A stretch of 64,000 nucleotides of DNA from an uncultured Lentisphaeraceae bacterium (lineage in GTDB: Bacteria > Verrucomicrobiota > Kiritimatiellia > RFP12 > UBA1067): NCBI GenBank assembly GCA_964567665.1, contig CAZMNN010000004.1:21660-85659 (forward strand), given 5' to 3'. The position numbers were made by a program, and so were the translations under genes. Shown here piece by piece: positions 37,959 to 47,746 of this stretch. Within the stretch, counting starts at the first letter, position 1. The number at the start of each line of letters is the position of its first letter. The notes below the pieces were generated by a model. The model was given only the letters and a program-made list of their open reading frames with translations, made no database searches and was not told where the DNA came from.

Positions 37959-39755
37959 ATGTCTGACGAGATTAGGCACGAATGCGCCGTGGCGATGGTG
38001 GTCTTGAGACGGCCACCATCCGCCACGGACGATTTCGGCGGAACGAAACTGTCGCTCCTGCTTGAGAAGCAGCACAACCGCGGGCAGGATGGCGCCGGCG
38101 CCGCAATACTGCGGCATAACCCGGAATTTGGAGCGCCGCCGTATCAGGTGTTCAAGTCAGCCTCGTCCACGCCGCTTGCGGATGTCCTTGGAGCAATAGC
38201 GAAACGTGCGAGAGGCAAGGCCGATGCGGTTTCAGATGCGGCCCATGTCTGTCATGGCGGTTTCGGAAGAAATGCGGAAAGGGTGTTTCTCGGACATCTT
38301 CGCTACGCCACGTACGGCAGGAGCGATGTTGCTTTCTGCCATCCGTTCGTGCATGGGTCGAGCGCCCTTGCGCATACGTTCATGCTTGCGGGGAACTTCA
38401 ATCTCACGAACACGGCGGAACTGTTCGAGCGGTACAGGGGAAGCGGCGCATTTCCGACAAGCCGGGCGGACGGTTATCTCATCACCGAACTTGTTGCGCA
38501 TGGACTTGAGACGGGAAAGAACCTTGCCGATGCCATCTCGTCCGCTCTTTCATCCGCCGACGGCGCCTGGACGCTTGTCGGCGCAACAGGAGCCGGTGAG
38601 GCGTTCGCGGTTCGCGATCCGCACGGCATAAGGCCAGGCTATTTTCTTGTGAATGACGATGTGGCTGTCGTCGCCAGCGAACGACCTGCCATACAGGCGG
38701 CGTTTGACGTGCCGCCGGAATCAGTCAAAGAGCTGCCGCCCGGAAAAGCACTTGTAATTTCGCCGGATGGCGGCATATCCTGGCATTCGCTTGCGGATTC
38801 CTGCTGTGAAACGTCGGTCGGCAGCGAGAAACGTTCCTGCTCGTTTGAGCGGATATACTTTTCGAGGGCAAACGATGCGGATATCCATCGTGAGCGACGA
38901 GCCTTGGGGGCGGCGCTTGCGCCGCAGATACTTGAAGCGGCGGATTCGCCGATGGAGGACATCTTCTTCTCCTACATCCCCAATTCAGCGCGAATCGCAT
39001 TTCATGGACTTCTTGAAGAACTTTTTGGGATGGCGCTCGTTCGGCATTCCGTACCGCGCTTCGGTGAAATTGCAGTCAAAGATGCAAAGTTCCGCACGTT
39101 CATTGCCGATGCGGCGGCCCGGCGTGAATTCTACAGGCACGTATACGACGTCACGTATGGTCTGGTGCGTCCAGGCGCGGATACGCTTGTGGTGCTTGAC
39201 GATTCCATCGTGCGCGGAAACACCATGAAAAATGCGATATTGCCGATGCTCGACAGGCTCGGCCCGAAACGCATTGTGATTGCATCGTCTGCGCCGCCGA
39301 TCAGATACCCTGACTGCTACGGGATTGATATGTCCACGCTTGGTGAGCTGGTCGCGTTTCGTGCGCTCGTCAACCTTCTCGGAAAGGATGCGGAAAGGGA
39401 ATTGAGGGATGCCTTGATGGGTGATGAACGAAATCCACTTGAGGCTCTCTATGCGCGGTTCAGCGAAAAGGAACATTCGAGTGAGATAGCCAGACTTCTC
39501 ACACCGCCTGGCATGAAAGCGGAGATAGCGGTGGTCTTTCAGACTGTTCCGGCGCTGCGGCGATGTTTGCAGGGCGCGGATAGTGGAGATCGTCCGCCGG
39601 ATGGCTGGCAGCCGGTTGGACAGCGCCCCGATGACGGAGAGCGGCGCATCGGCGACTGGTATTTCACTGGCGACTATCCCACTCCGGGCGGATACCGTGT
39701 CCTCCGCAAGGCACTCCTGAACTATTTGGAGCGGAACACGGCACGTTCATACTGA
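37959..39755 (+). CDS. purF: amidophosphoribosyltransferase-like class-II glutamine amidotransferase (long form)
   Basis: Propeptide then a Cys nucleophile (HECAVAMV), a GATase-II domain and the PRPP-binding motif VLDDSIVRGNT. Starts 15 bp after glnN. Confidence 0.8.
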   Translation: MSDEIRHECAVAMVVLRRPPSATDDFGGTKLSLLLEKQHNRGQDGAGAAILRHNPEFGAPPYQVFKSASSTPLADVLGAIAKRARGKADAVSDAAHVCHGGFGRNAERVFLGHLRYATYGRSDVAFCHPFVHGSSALAHTFMLAGNFNLTNTAELFERYRGSGAFPTSRADGYLITELVAHGLETGKNLADAISSALSSADGAWTLVGATGAGEAFAVRDPHGIRPGYFLVNDDVAVVASERPAIQAAFDVPPESVKELPPGKALVISPDGGISWHSLADSCCETSVGSEKRSCSFERIYFSRANDADIHRERRALGAALAPQILEAADSPMEDIFFSYIPNSARIAFHGLLEELFGMALVRHSVPRFGEIAVKDAKFRTFIADAAARREFYRHVYDVTYGLVRPGADTLVVLDDSIVRGNTMKNAILPMLDRLGPKRIVIASSAPPIRYPDCYGIDMSTLGELVAFRALVNLLGKDAERELRDALMGDERNPLEALYARFSEKEHSSEIARLLTPPGMKAEIAVVFQTVPALRRCLQGADSGDRPPDGWQPVGQRPDDGERRIGDWYFTGDYPTPGGYRVLRKALLNYLERNTARSY

Positions 39756-39831
39756 CAGGCATCACGAATGAGAGACTTTCACTTCCGACACGGCTGAAGA
39801 TTGCGGGTGTGCCGATGCGCCGCATAAACGG

Positions 39832-40758
39832 CTAAAAGTAGTTTGAGAAGCACTTCGGCAGCGGTGCTTCAAACACCGTCTGCTCGCGGGTCGCGGGATG
39901 CCGCAGTTCAAGTCGCCAGGCATGGAGCATCTGACGTTCCGGTTTTGGATGGATTGCGTTGTCCGCCGATCTGCGTCCGTACGTATCGTCCCCGACAATC
40001 GGACATCCGAGAGATGCCATGTGTACGCGTATCTGGTGCGTACGGCCGGTGAGGATGTCGCACTCCACAAGCGAAATCGCAGAGTGTGGGTCTGTGCGGC
40101 CTTCGCCGATAGGGGTGTGCGCCGTGGCGAGCGTACGGTAATCTGTTATCGCCAGTTTGCCTCCGTCCGTGCGGATGGCCATCTTCTTCCGGTTAACCGC
40201 ATGTCTTCCGATGTGGTTCTCGATCCGTCCGGACAGCGGAGAGGGTATGCCGTGCACCACGGCGCGGTAGAGCTTTCGGATGTTTGAGTGCGTCGCAAAG
40301 TCCTTTACGAGCGCATCCATCGCAAGCTGCGATTTTGCGATCACCATCACGCCGGACGTATCCTGGTCGAGCCTGTGCACGATTCCGGGACGCGCCACTC
40401 CGCCGATTCCTTTCAGATCCGGGCAGTGGTGCAGTATCGCGTTCACGAGCGTACCTGTGAAATGCCCCGGTGCTGGATGGACGACAAGTCCAGCCGGCTT
40501 ATCTATCACGAGAATGTCGTCATCCTCGAAGATGACGTTCAGCGGAATGTCCTCCGGCTGCGGCACGGCGGGAACCGGAGGGGGGATCGTAACCTCAAAT
40601 TCGTCCGCCGCCTCCACCTTTGCGCTTGGCTTGACGACCGGCACTCCGTTGACCTTTACGAATCCAGATTCGATAAGCCCCTTTATCCGCGAACGCGAGA
40701 AGTCCGGATAAAGCGCCGTCAGCCGTATGTCAAGACGTTCACTCACCAGAATTGCCAC
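39832..40758 (-). CDS. rluD: RluA-family 23S rRNA pseudouridine synthase (RluD-like, with S4 domain)
   Basis: N-terminal S4-like region VKVNGVPVVKPSAKV and the catalytic motif HRLDQDTSGVMVIAKS. Confidence 0.8.
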   Translation of the reverse strand: MAILVSERLDIRLTALYPDFSRSRIKGLIESGFVKVNGVPVVKPSAKVEAADEFEVTIPPPVPAVPQPEDIPLNVIFEDDDILVIDKPAGLVVHPAPGHFTGTLVNAILHHCPDLKGIGGVARPGIVHRLDQDTSGVMVIAKSQLAMDALVKDFATHSNIRKLYRAVVHGIPSPLSGRIENHIGRHAVNRKKMAIRTDGGKLAITDYRTLATAHTPIGEGRTDPHSAISLVECDILTGRTHQIRVHMASLGCPIVGDDTYGRRSADNAIHPKPERQMLHAWRLELRHPATREQTVFEAPLPKCFSNYF

Positions 40759-41405
40759 GCATTGCGGTATATTACGTGAATGGCCAGAAGCAGGTTGGTC
40801 GTCACGTGGGCGGATATTGCAGATCCGATTCCGAGACGGATCGCCAGAAGGCCGTAGACTGCGCCGGTGAGCGCCGCCGCGAGCGGCCGGTCGTGTTCAA
40901 GCGTGAACAGAAGCACAGTCCAGAGAAAGGCAGAGAGATCGAACTGCGACAGCGGAACGGATGTGATGTCGCGGCTGATCAGCCTTCGGTAGAGGAATGA
41001 ACGGAAGAACAGCTCCTCCGCCGGTGCGATGATGAATGCGCTGCCGACAAGTTTTGCGATCGTGAGCGGCCAGCCGCACACCTCCGGCGCATATGGCGAA
41101 GGCGACGGTGCGACCGGTTCCGGAAACGGCCATGCCGGCAGGACTATCCACAGCGCACAGATTGCCGCCCCCGCTGCGATACCGGTCGGGACGGAGAGAA
41201 AGAGGGATGTTCGGACGCCATCTCCGCAATTGTGCGACGTAAGAACGAAGCGTCGCCGCATCGCAAGGCAGACGAGACCTACGGCGAGCGTCGCTGCAGA
41301 TCTTGCCGCGTAGGCGGCGGCGGTGGACGGAAGCGCAAACATCAGCGCCATCCATGTCGCAAACGGCAGGATGAGAGGGATGGACGCTTTCAGGCTTTTC
41401 TGCAT
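40743..41405 (-). CDS. CPBP-family intramembrane metalloprotease (CAAX protease-like)
   Basis: EELFFRSFL motif 1 and FxxxH-type motifs in a polytopic membrane context. Confidence 0.75.
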   Translation of the reverse strand: MQKSLKASIPLILPFATWMALMFALPSTAAAYAARSAATLAVGLVCLAMRRRFVLTSHNCGDGVRTSLFLSVPTGIAAGAAICALWIVLPAWPFPEPVAPSPSPYAPEVCGWPLTIAKLVGSAFIIAPAEELFFRSFLYRRLISRDITSVPLSQFDLSAFLWTVLLFTLEHDRPLAAALTGAVYGLLAIRLGIGSAISAHVTTNLLLAIHVIYRNAWQFW

Positions 41406-41432
41406 TGGCGCGGATTATACCATTTTCGGATG

Positions 41433-41441
41433 TGATATAAT
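41433..41441 (+). promoter_or_regulatory. extended -10 promoter TGATATAAT for the radical SAM gene
   Basis: Ends 40 nt before ATG 41482. Confidence 0.5.
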
Positions 41442-41481
41442 CCTGCCCGCGTCTTTTGCGTGAAAACATACACAGAAACAC

Positions 41482-42615
41482 ATGACAAGCATAAGCAAAC
41501 TCCTGTTCGGAACGGATGAACCAAACGATCGTCTGCGGTATGCGAAGAACATACACCGCAGACCCATTGTCGTGTGGAATGTGACGCCGGAATGCAATCT
41601 CGCCTGTGCACACTGCTATGCGTCCGGACGCAACGGCGCCGACAGCGTTCTGAACGGAGACGAGGCGCGGCGCGTGATAGACGACCTTGCGGACTGGAAA
41701 GTCCCGGTGCTGCTGTTCTCCGGCGGCGAACCGTTCTGCCGTTCGGACATCCGCGAGCTTTCGGAGTACGCGAAGTCGAGAGGGTTGCGCGTGACGTTCT
41801 CAACCAACGGCACGTTGATAGATGACGATACGGCGGATTGGCTTGCGTCTCTTGGCACAGGATATGTCGGCATATCGATTGACGGCACGGAGGCGATCCA
41901 CGACGGCTTTCGCCGCAGACGCGGCGCGTACGCCGCAAGCGTTGCGGCCATTCGCCGCCTTGTCGCCCGTGGCGTCAAGGTTGGGCTTCGCGTCACGATG
42001 ACGCGCCTCAACGTCGCCGCGATTCCGTCGATCTTCGACATGATGCGCATTGAAAACGTTCCAAGGGTGTGCTTCTACCATCTAGTGTACACTGGGCGCG
42101 GACAGTCGCTCATCGCGGACGACCTTTCGGCCGTCGAGCGCCGGGCGGCAATCGACACCATTGTCGCCGAGACGGAGAGGGCATTTGCGTCCGGCAGACC
42201 GGTGGAGGTGCTTACGGTGGACAACCACTGCGACGGGCCGTATCTGTACATGAAGCGTCCGTCGGAGTGCGTAATGGAGCTGCTGTCGCTGAACGGCGGC
42301 AACTCCAGCGGACAGGGCATAGCCTGCATATCTTGGGACGGGACGGTGTATCCGGATCAGTTCTGGAGGGATCATCCTGTCGGGAACGTCCGGGAGCGGC
42401 CGTTCTCCGAGATATGGGGTGCGCCGTCCGAAGATTCCCTGCTTGCGGCGATGCGCAGAAAGAAGGAACTTGTGAAGGGGCGTTGCCGCAGCTGTCGTTG
42501 GCTGAATGTGTGCGGCGGCAATTTCCGTGCGCGAGGCGAGGCAGCGACAGGCGACATGTGGGGTGAAGATCCGAGCTGCTATCTCAACGACGGCGAAAGA
42601 ATGCTCCCGGCTTGA
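41482..42615 (+). CDS. radical SAM/SPASM-domain protein (AhbD/NirJ/PqqE/anSME-like maturase)
   Basis: CNLACAHCY (CxxxCxxC) near the N-terminus. A C-terminal Cys cluster (...CISWDGTVYPDQ...GRCRSCRWLNVCGG) is consistent with a SPASM/twitch auxiliary-cluster domain. Confidence 0.85.
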   Translation: MTSISKLLFGTDEPNDRLRYAKNIHRRPIVVWNVTPECNLACAHCYASGRNGADSVLNGDEARRVIDDLADWKVPVLLFSGGEPFCRSDIRELSEYAKSRGLRVTFSTNGTLIDDDTADWLASLGTGYVGISIDGTEAIHDGFRRRRGAYAASVAAIRRLVARGVKVGLRVTMTRLNVAAIPSIFDMMRIENVPRVCFYHLVYTGRGQSLIADDLSAVERRAAIDTIVAETERAFASGRPVEVLTVDNHCDGPYLYMKRPSECVMELLSLNGGNSSGQGIACISWDGTVYPDQFWRDHPVGNVRERPFSEIWGAPSEDSLLAAMRRKKELVKGRCRSCRWLNVCGGNFRARGEAATGDMWGEDPSCYLNDGERMLPA

Positions 42616-42657
42616 TTAGGCCGGCACGGTGTTTTCTTCTGATTGCGCCGCCGTTTA

Positions 42658-42666
42658 TGGTATAAT
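42658..42666 (+). promoter_or_regulatory. extended -10 promoter TGGTATAAT
   Basis: Ends 24 nt before ATG 42691. An AAGGAGGA RBS lies in between. Confidence 0.55.
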
Positions 42667-42690
42667 GGCTTGCATAAGGAGGACTTAAGG

Positions 42691-43629
42691 ATGAACAGAA
42701 GAGAGTTCATGGCCGGGGTGGCGCTTGCGGGTGCGGGAGCCGTTTCCGGGTGTGCCGGTGCGAGATGCAAAAGTTCCTGTTCGGGAGACGCTTCGCTGAA
42801 GCTCTGCCTTCAGTGGGGGTCGATACCCGTTGCGGATGACATCAACGCAAAGCTTGACTACCTTGAAGCCAACGGATACGCCGCCGTCGAGATTCCGACC
42901 GGAAAGAAGGGCGAGTGGCTGATCGAGAAGGGCGAGGCTTTCGGCAAGGCGATGGCGGGGCGCAAGCTCACCTGCGCCACTGCGTGCGGACCGAGCCGCT
43001 TCGACTATGCAGACCCGAAGGAGAACGATGCGGAGGTTGCGAAGTTCCTCCCGCTGCTTGAGATCATCGGCGGACTGAAGTCCACCGGTCTCATCATCTG
43101 CCCCGCACGCGCAAAGCCTGAAGTCGGGCTGAAGGAGCTTCGCGAGGATTTCGTCACGAACACCGGAAAGCGTCTTGCCGAAAAGGCGGCGAAGTGCGGC
43201 ACGTCAATCGTGCTTGAGCCGCTGCAGCGCAAGGAGACGCCGTTTCTGCGTCAGGTCTCAGACGCCGCCAAGATGGCGCAGGAAATCGGCGACGGCTGCA
43301 AGGTCATGGCGGATTTGTGGCACATGACGTGGGAGGAGGCCAACGACCGCGCCGCTATCCTCTCCGCCGGCCCGCTTCTCGCCCATGTCCACATCGCTTC
43401 CCGCCGCAACCGCCGCATACCAGGCTCTGACGGCGCCGCAGACGACTATCGTCTTGCGTTTCGCGGCTTGAAGGAGATCGGCTACGGCGGCGTTGTGTCC
43501 CTTGAGGCCGGCTGGGTTCCGAAGGGCAAGGACGCCAAGGGCAAGCCGATCCTTCCGAGGCTGGAGGAGCGTCATCAGATATTGAACGGAATGTGCGACC
43601 TGCTGCGCAGGCAGTGGGCCGAAAACTAA
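42691..43629 (+). CDS. Tat-secreted sugar phosphate isomerase/epimerase (xylose-isomerase-like TIM barrel)
   Basis: Twin-arginine signal MNRREFMAGVALAGAGA. TIM-barrel motifs (LAHVHIASRRN...). Confidence 0.8.
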   Translation: MNRREFMAGVALAGAGAVSGCAGARCKSSCSGDASLKLCLQWGSIPVADDINAKLDYLEANGYAAVEIPTGKKGEWLIEKGEAFGKAMAGRKLTCATACGPSRFDYADPKENDAEVAKFLPLLEIIGGLKSTGLIICPARAKPEVGLKELREDFVTNTGKRLAEKAAKCGTSIVLEPLQRKETPFLRQVSDAAKMAQEIGDGCKVMADLWHMTWEEANDRAAILSAGPLLAHVHIASRRNRRIPGSDGAADDYRLAFRGLKEIGYGGVVSLEAGWVPKGKDAKGKPILPRLEERHQILNGMCDLLRRQWAEN

Positions 43630-43651
43630 AAGCAAAAAAGGACAACGGACA

Positions 43652-45007
43652 ATGAACAGGAGAACGTTTCTTAAGTCTGGCGGAATATTCGCCGCTGCGG
43701 GCATGGCAGGCTGCACTTCGGTGGCCGGAAACCTTGCCGGGAAGAAGGAGATAAAGGTTGCGGTCGTCGGTTGCGGCGGACGCGGCACCGGCGGCAACTG
43801 GAAACCCGCAAGTGCACAGGACTTCTACAAGTTCGGTGCGCTCGGCAACATGATGCAGGCGGCGGACATCCTTCGCAAGGAGGGGATTGACGTGACGGTG
43901 AAGCCCGTGGCGTTCGCCGACTATTTCCTCAAGAAGGCCGAGTTCGCGGCGGAGAAGTTCGGCGTGGACAAGAAGTTCGCGTTCGGCGGCGCGAACGGAT
44001 ACAAGAAGGTGATGGAGATGCCGGAGGTCGACGTGGTCATCCTGACGACGCCGCTGAGTTTCCGTCCTGTCCACACGATGGCCGCCGTCAAGGCCGGAAA
44101 GCACGTGTTCGCGGAAAAGGGCGTCGCCGTCGATGCGCCTGGCGTGAGGCTCATGATCGAGGCGTCGAAGCTTGCGGCGGAGAAGAAGCTTACTGTGGTG
44201 TGCGGCACCCAGCGCCGTCATCAGCGCGGCAACCTGCTCCAGAAGAAGGCGCTCGACGAGGGAGTGATCGGGCCGATTCTCGGAGGCGAGGTGTACTGGA
44301 ATGGACGTGTGCCGTGGGTGCGCGAACGCACCAAGGAGATGTCGAACAAGGACTATCTCTGCAACAACTGGCTCAACTTCGCCGAACTTTCCGGCGACCA
44401 CATCTGCGAGCAGCACGTCCACAACATCGACGTCGCAAACTGGTTCATCGGACGCTTCCCGAAGACGGCTCTGGCGTTCGGCGGCCGTATGCGCCGCGTA
44501 TCCGGCAACCAGTACGACTTCTTCTCGGCAGACCTTGACTACGGCGAGGGAGTGCACATCCACTCGATGTGCCGCCAGATATGCGAGTGCAAGAACGACG
44601 TGCGCGAATTCTTCCGCACGGCCAAGGAGACGATTGCCGGCGGGCAGATCGTAAAGGCCGTTGGCGGAAAGAAGATTGAGCTTGCCGGGGACTTCCCGGA
44701 CGTCAATCCGTACGTGCAGGAGCATGTCGCTCTGCTCAAGAGCGCGATGAGCGTTGGCCCATACCTCAACGAAGGCGAGGCCTGTGCGCTTTCCACGGCC
44801 TGCGGCGTGATGATCCGTCTTTCCGCGTACACAGGACAGATGGTGTCGATGGCTGACATCCTGCGCAACACCGCTTCGCCGTTCTACGGCCTTGAGTGCA
44901 AGCCGACGCCGCTCGACTTCGAGAAGGACGGCGACGTGCCGATGCCGGAGTACGGGGACGAGGCGTTCCCGCTGCCCGGCAAGCCCTGGGGAACGAAGAA
45001 AGCGTAA
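43652..45007 (+). CDS. Tat-secreted Gfo/Idh/MocA-family oxidoreductase
   Basis: Tat signal MNRRTFLKSGGIFAAAGMAGC. Rossmann motif KVAVVGCGGRGTG. Confidence 0.85.
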   Translation: MNRRTFLKSGGIFAAAGMAGCTSVAGNLAGKKEIKVAVVGCGGRGTGGNWKPASAQDFYKFGALGNMMQAADILRKEGIDVTVKPVAFADYFLKKAEFAAEKFGVDKKFAFGGANGYKKVMEMPEVDVVILTTPLSFRPVHTMAAVKAGKHVFAEKGVAVDAPGVRLMIEASKLAAEKKLTVVCGTQRRHQRGNLLQKKALDEGVIGPILGGEVYWNGRVPWVRERTKEMSNKDYLCNNWLNFAELSGDHICEQHVHNIDVANWFIGRFPKTALAFGGRMRRVSGNQYDFFSADLDYGEGVHIHSMCRQICECKNDVREFFRTAKETIAGGQIVKAVGGKKIELAGDFPDVNPYVQEHVALLKSAMSVGPYLNEGEACALSTACGVMIRLSAYTGQMVSMADILRNTASPFYGLECKPTPLDFEKDGDVPMPEYGDEAFPLPGKPWGTKKA

Positions 45008-45159
45008 ATAGTCGGTAGATAGTGGTTGGGTAGTTGGTGGACGGGTAGAGGCTTTGCGATTGATTCTACCACTATCAACTACCCACTGCCATCTATCCAA
45101 CCACCCCACCGCCCACTACCATATACCATCCACCCACTACCAACCAGAGGCATGGCAGA
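45008..45159. repeat. strand-asymmetric low-complexity element: a GT-rich arm (almost C-free) followed by a CA-rich arm (almost G-free)
   Basis: 45010-45050 agtcggtagatagtggttgggtagttggtggacgggtagag has only 2 C. 45066-45147 ctaccactatcaactacccactgccatctatccaacc... has only 2 G. They share complementary blocks (TGGGTAGTTG/CAACTACCCA, ATAGTGG/CCACTAT), but in permuted order. Confidence 0.5.
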
Positions 45160-47727
45160 ATGAGACGGACTGATGGGGTTTCCATGATGGTACGCAAGGC
45201 CGTAACGGCCTTGGCTGTGTTGCTTGCTCTGTGCGGGTGTGCGGAACGGGAATGGAATCCTGTTGGACCTGGCGAACCTGGTGGTCTGACATTTGATTTC
45301 GCGGCGATCTCCGCGCAGAGATTTCCAATGAAGCACGAGGCGTCGGTGCCTTTCGACGCATGGAAGGGATCGTACTGCTACATGCACAACGGTGACATCG
45401 CGCAGGATGATCCCCGCCGGAAGGCCGTCCGGAACGAGGTCGTGTTCACGAAGGATGGCGAAGAGGCGCACATCCTCAAGAAGTCGAGCCTTGTGGACGT
45501 ATGCCGTAGCGCCGACATAGCCAAGAACGTCTCCGGCGGCTTTGTGCAGGACGTGAAGCTTCCCGATCTTGACGGTGGCGTGTATAGGCTGTCATTCCGC
45601 TACCGGATGCGCCACGATGTCGGCACGTTCGGCGGCGTTCTGTTCACCCCGAAGCTTGCGAAAGCGAGTCAGGCGGCGGAACTGAACAGGTCAGGCGGTG
45701 CAGCGCCGCAGCTGCAGGTGTTTTCTCTCGACGATCTTTGGAGCGAATGGGGGCAGTATTCACGCGAGGTGGTGGTTCCCGCCGGCTGCGACGCCGTGAA
45801 CATCGTGCTTCGCATAGATGGCGTCGGTGAGATGCGTTTCAGGGACGTGTCGTTTGAGCGTCACCGTTTCGACAACCCCATCACGCTTAAGGCGTTTCCG
45901 GCCGACTGGCTTGACGGAACGTTTGCGTTTTCGGCTGGACAGTGTGCGCTTCCGATGTGGATGTGGAGGAAAAACCTGCACGACGAAAAATACGATGCGA
46001 GCAGATTCACGTTCGTGCTTTCGCTTCCGAAGGGATACGAGTACGTCGATTCGGCGATGGTCGCTGCTGGCGGCGCCGTGCGGACGGTGCGTCCTAACGG
46101 CGGCTCCGTGTGGCGGCTGCCGGCGCATCCAAGCTACGGCGGATGCTGGGTAAGCACGGAATACAACGGCTGGAGTGCGCTTTCCGCACTTGTAAGGGCG
46201 GCGCCTGACGCATCTGCGGGCGAGATGGAGATGTATGCCGAATATGACGGAAGGCGCGTAACCGACATGGCAAGGACAAAGGTGTTCACCATGCCGACGA
46301 TATCCGCAAAGATCCCGAAACGCTACTCCAACGGCTTCTATCCAGGCGGACGCTATCTCGACTTCACAACCGCCGCCGGACGTGAGGGGTTCGCGGATAT
46401 GTTCACCGCAGCTGGAGCGAATTGGGTGGTATCGATGCTGCCTGACGCGGAGACGCTTGCCGCATGGCGCAGGAAGGGCGTAAGGCGCGTGACGCCGGAG
46501 TCCTATTTCGTGGCGAACGGGTTCAGGGTCGGACAGCCCGGCGGCAGACCGCAGGAGGATCGCTACGTTGCGCTTCCCGGAGAAACCCACGCGGAACTGA
46601 AGAACGCATCGTGTCCGATTGCCGTGTACGGTGAAAGTCAGTATTTCAAGACGAACACCGTACCGCTGCTCAAGAGGTTTCTCGATGGCTGTGACGGCCT
46701 GTGGGCCAACTGGGAGCCATACATGTTCAATGGTCGCGGCTGCATGTGCGCCCGCTGTCGCGCTGCGTTTGCGAAGCATGTCGGCGTGACTGACGCGGAG
46801 ATGGCGAAAGACTGGCCGCAGGAGCTTGCGTTCGGCGGAAAGTGGTATCGTCAGATACGCAGATTCCGTTCACTTGAACACGCAAAGGTTGTGAAGACGA
46901 TTGACAGGTATGTCCGTAAATTCACGGGCGGCGAGAATTCGCTCGGATTCATACCGGGCATAGCCTGGTGCGAGATGTCCAGCGCCTGGCGTCCGAAGAA
47001 CCTCGCCCCTGAGGTGCAGGCGATAGACTACGCGGGGTCACTCAAGTGGATCGATCCGTGGGGGCCGTATCCGTGGTGGGACGCTTCGTGTCCATACAAG
47101 CCAGGCATCGACAGCTACCTCAACTATTTCGTCGCCGCCAAGGACGTGCGCGAGCAGGTTGACCGCGATTACGGAAAGTCCGCTCCTAAGCTCATGAGCC
47201 TCCCGCACGGAGTGCAGTGCACGACCTGCATAACTCAGCCCGAAGGCATTGGGCTTGCGCTTGATTCGTTCTTTTTCAACCGCTGGGAGGCATCCATACC
47301 GTACACTTTCCCGAAGGGATGCGATGCCCGCTGGTGGAAAGCGTTTGCGGACGCTACGACACGTGCCGCCACATACGAGGACTACGTAATCGACGGGCGG
47401 CTCTGCACGGACGAGGCCTCGCTTGCGCTTGACGCCGCAAAGCCGTTCCCGCCGCCAATGGAGAAGGTCTGCGTTCCTTATCTCGACAATGCGCGAAACG
47501 TGTCGATGCTTCAGCACGTGGCATACGAATTGAACGGAAGCAGAATCGTCGCCGTGTTCAATTTCGCGGAACGGGACACCGCCTACTTCACGCTCCGCAT
47601 GGCGGGACTGCCGTCCGGCCGCTACCGGCTTGAGGGGCAGATATGCACGGCGTCGCAGCTCGAAAAAGGCGTCGCTCTCGCAGTCGCCGCATCACGATGC
47701 CGCGTGTTTGAGATTAAGAGGGATTGA
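45160..47727 (+). CDS. large secreted hypothetical protein, possibly glycoside-hydrolase-like
   Basis: Signal peptide MVRKAVTALAVLLALCGCA. No confident family assignment. Confidence 0.65.
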   Translation: MRRTDGVSMMVRKAVTALAVLLALCGCAEREWNPVGPGEPGGLTFDFAAISAQRFPMKHEASVPFDAWKGSYCYMHNGDIAQDDPRRKAVRNEVVFTKDGEEAHILKKSSLVDVCRSADIAKNVSGGFVQDVKLPDLDGGVYRLSFRYRMRHDVGTFGGVLFTPKLAKASQAAELNRSGGAAPQLQVFSLDDLWSEWGQYSREVVVPAGCDAVNIVLRIDGVGEMRFRDVSFERHRFDNPITLKAFPADWLDGTFAFSAGQCALPMWMWRKNLHDEKYDASRFTFVLSLPKGYEYVDSAMVAAGGAVRTVRPNGGSVWRLPAHPSYGGCWVSTEYNGWSALSALVRAAPDASAGEMEMYAEYDGRRVTDMARTKVFTMPTISAKIPKRYSNGFYPGGRYLDFTTAAGREGFADMFTAAGANWVVSMLPDAETLAAWRRKGVRRVTPESYFVANGFRVGQPGGRPQEDRYVALPGETHAELKNASCPIAVYGESQYFKTNTVPLLKRFLDGCDGLWANWEPYMFNGRGCMCARCRAAFAKHVGVTDAEMAKDWPQELAFGGKWYRQIRRFRSLEHAKVVKTIDRYVRKFTGGENSLGFIPGIAWCEMSSAWRPKNLAPEVQAIDYAGSLKWIDPWGPYPWWDASCPYKPGIDSYLNYFVAAKDVREQVDRDYGKSAPKLMSLPHGVQCTTCITQPEGIGLALDSFFFNRWEASIPYTFPKGCDARWWKAFADATTRAATYEDYVIDGRLCTDEASLALDAAKPFPPPMEKVCVPYLDNARNVSMLQHVAYELNGSRIVAVFNFAERDTAYFTLRMAGLPSGRYRLEGQICTASQLEKGVALAVAASRCRVFEIKRD

Positions 47728-47746
47728 GGCGGCGTTTTCTGCATTT

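Noticed and set aside
43355-45109. 584-aa minus-strand ORF opposite the Gfo/Idh/MocA gene
   Set aside because: Antisense to a gene with a Tat signal and Rossmann motif; Arg-rich shadow frame.
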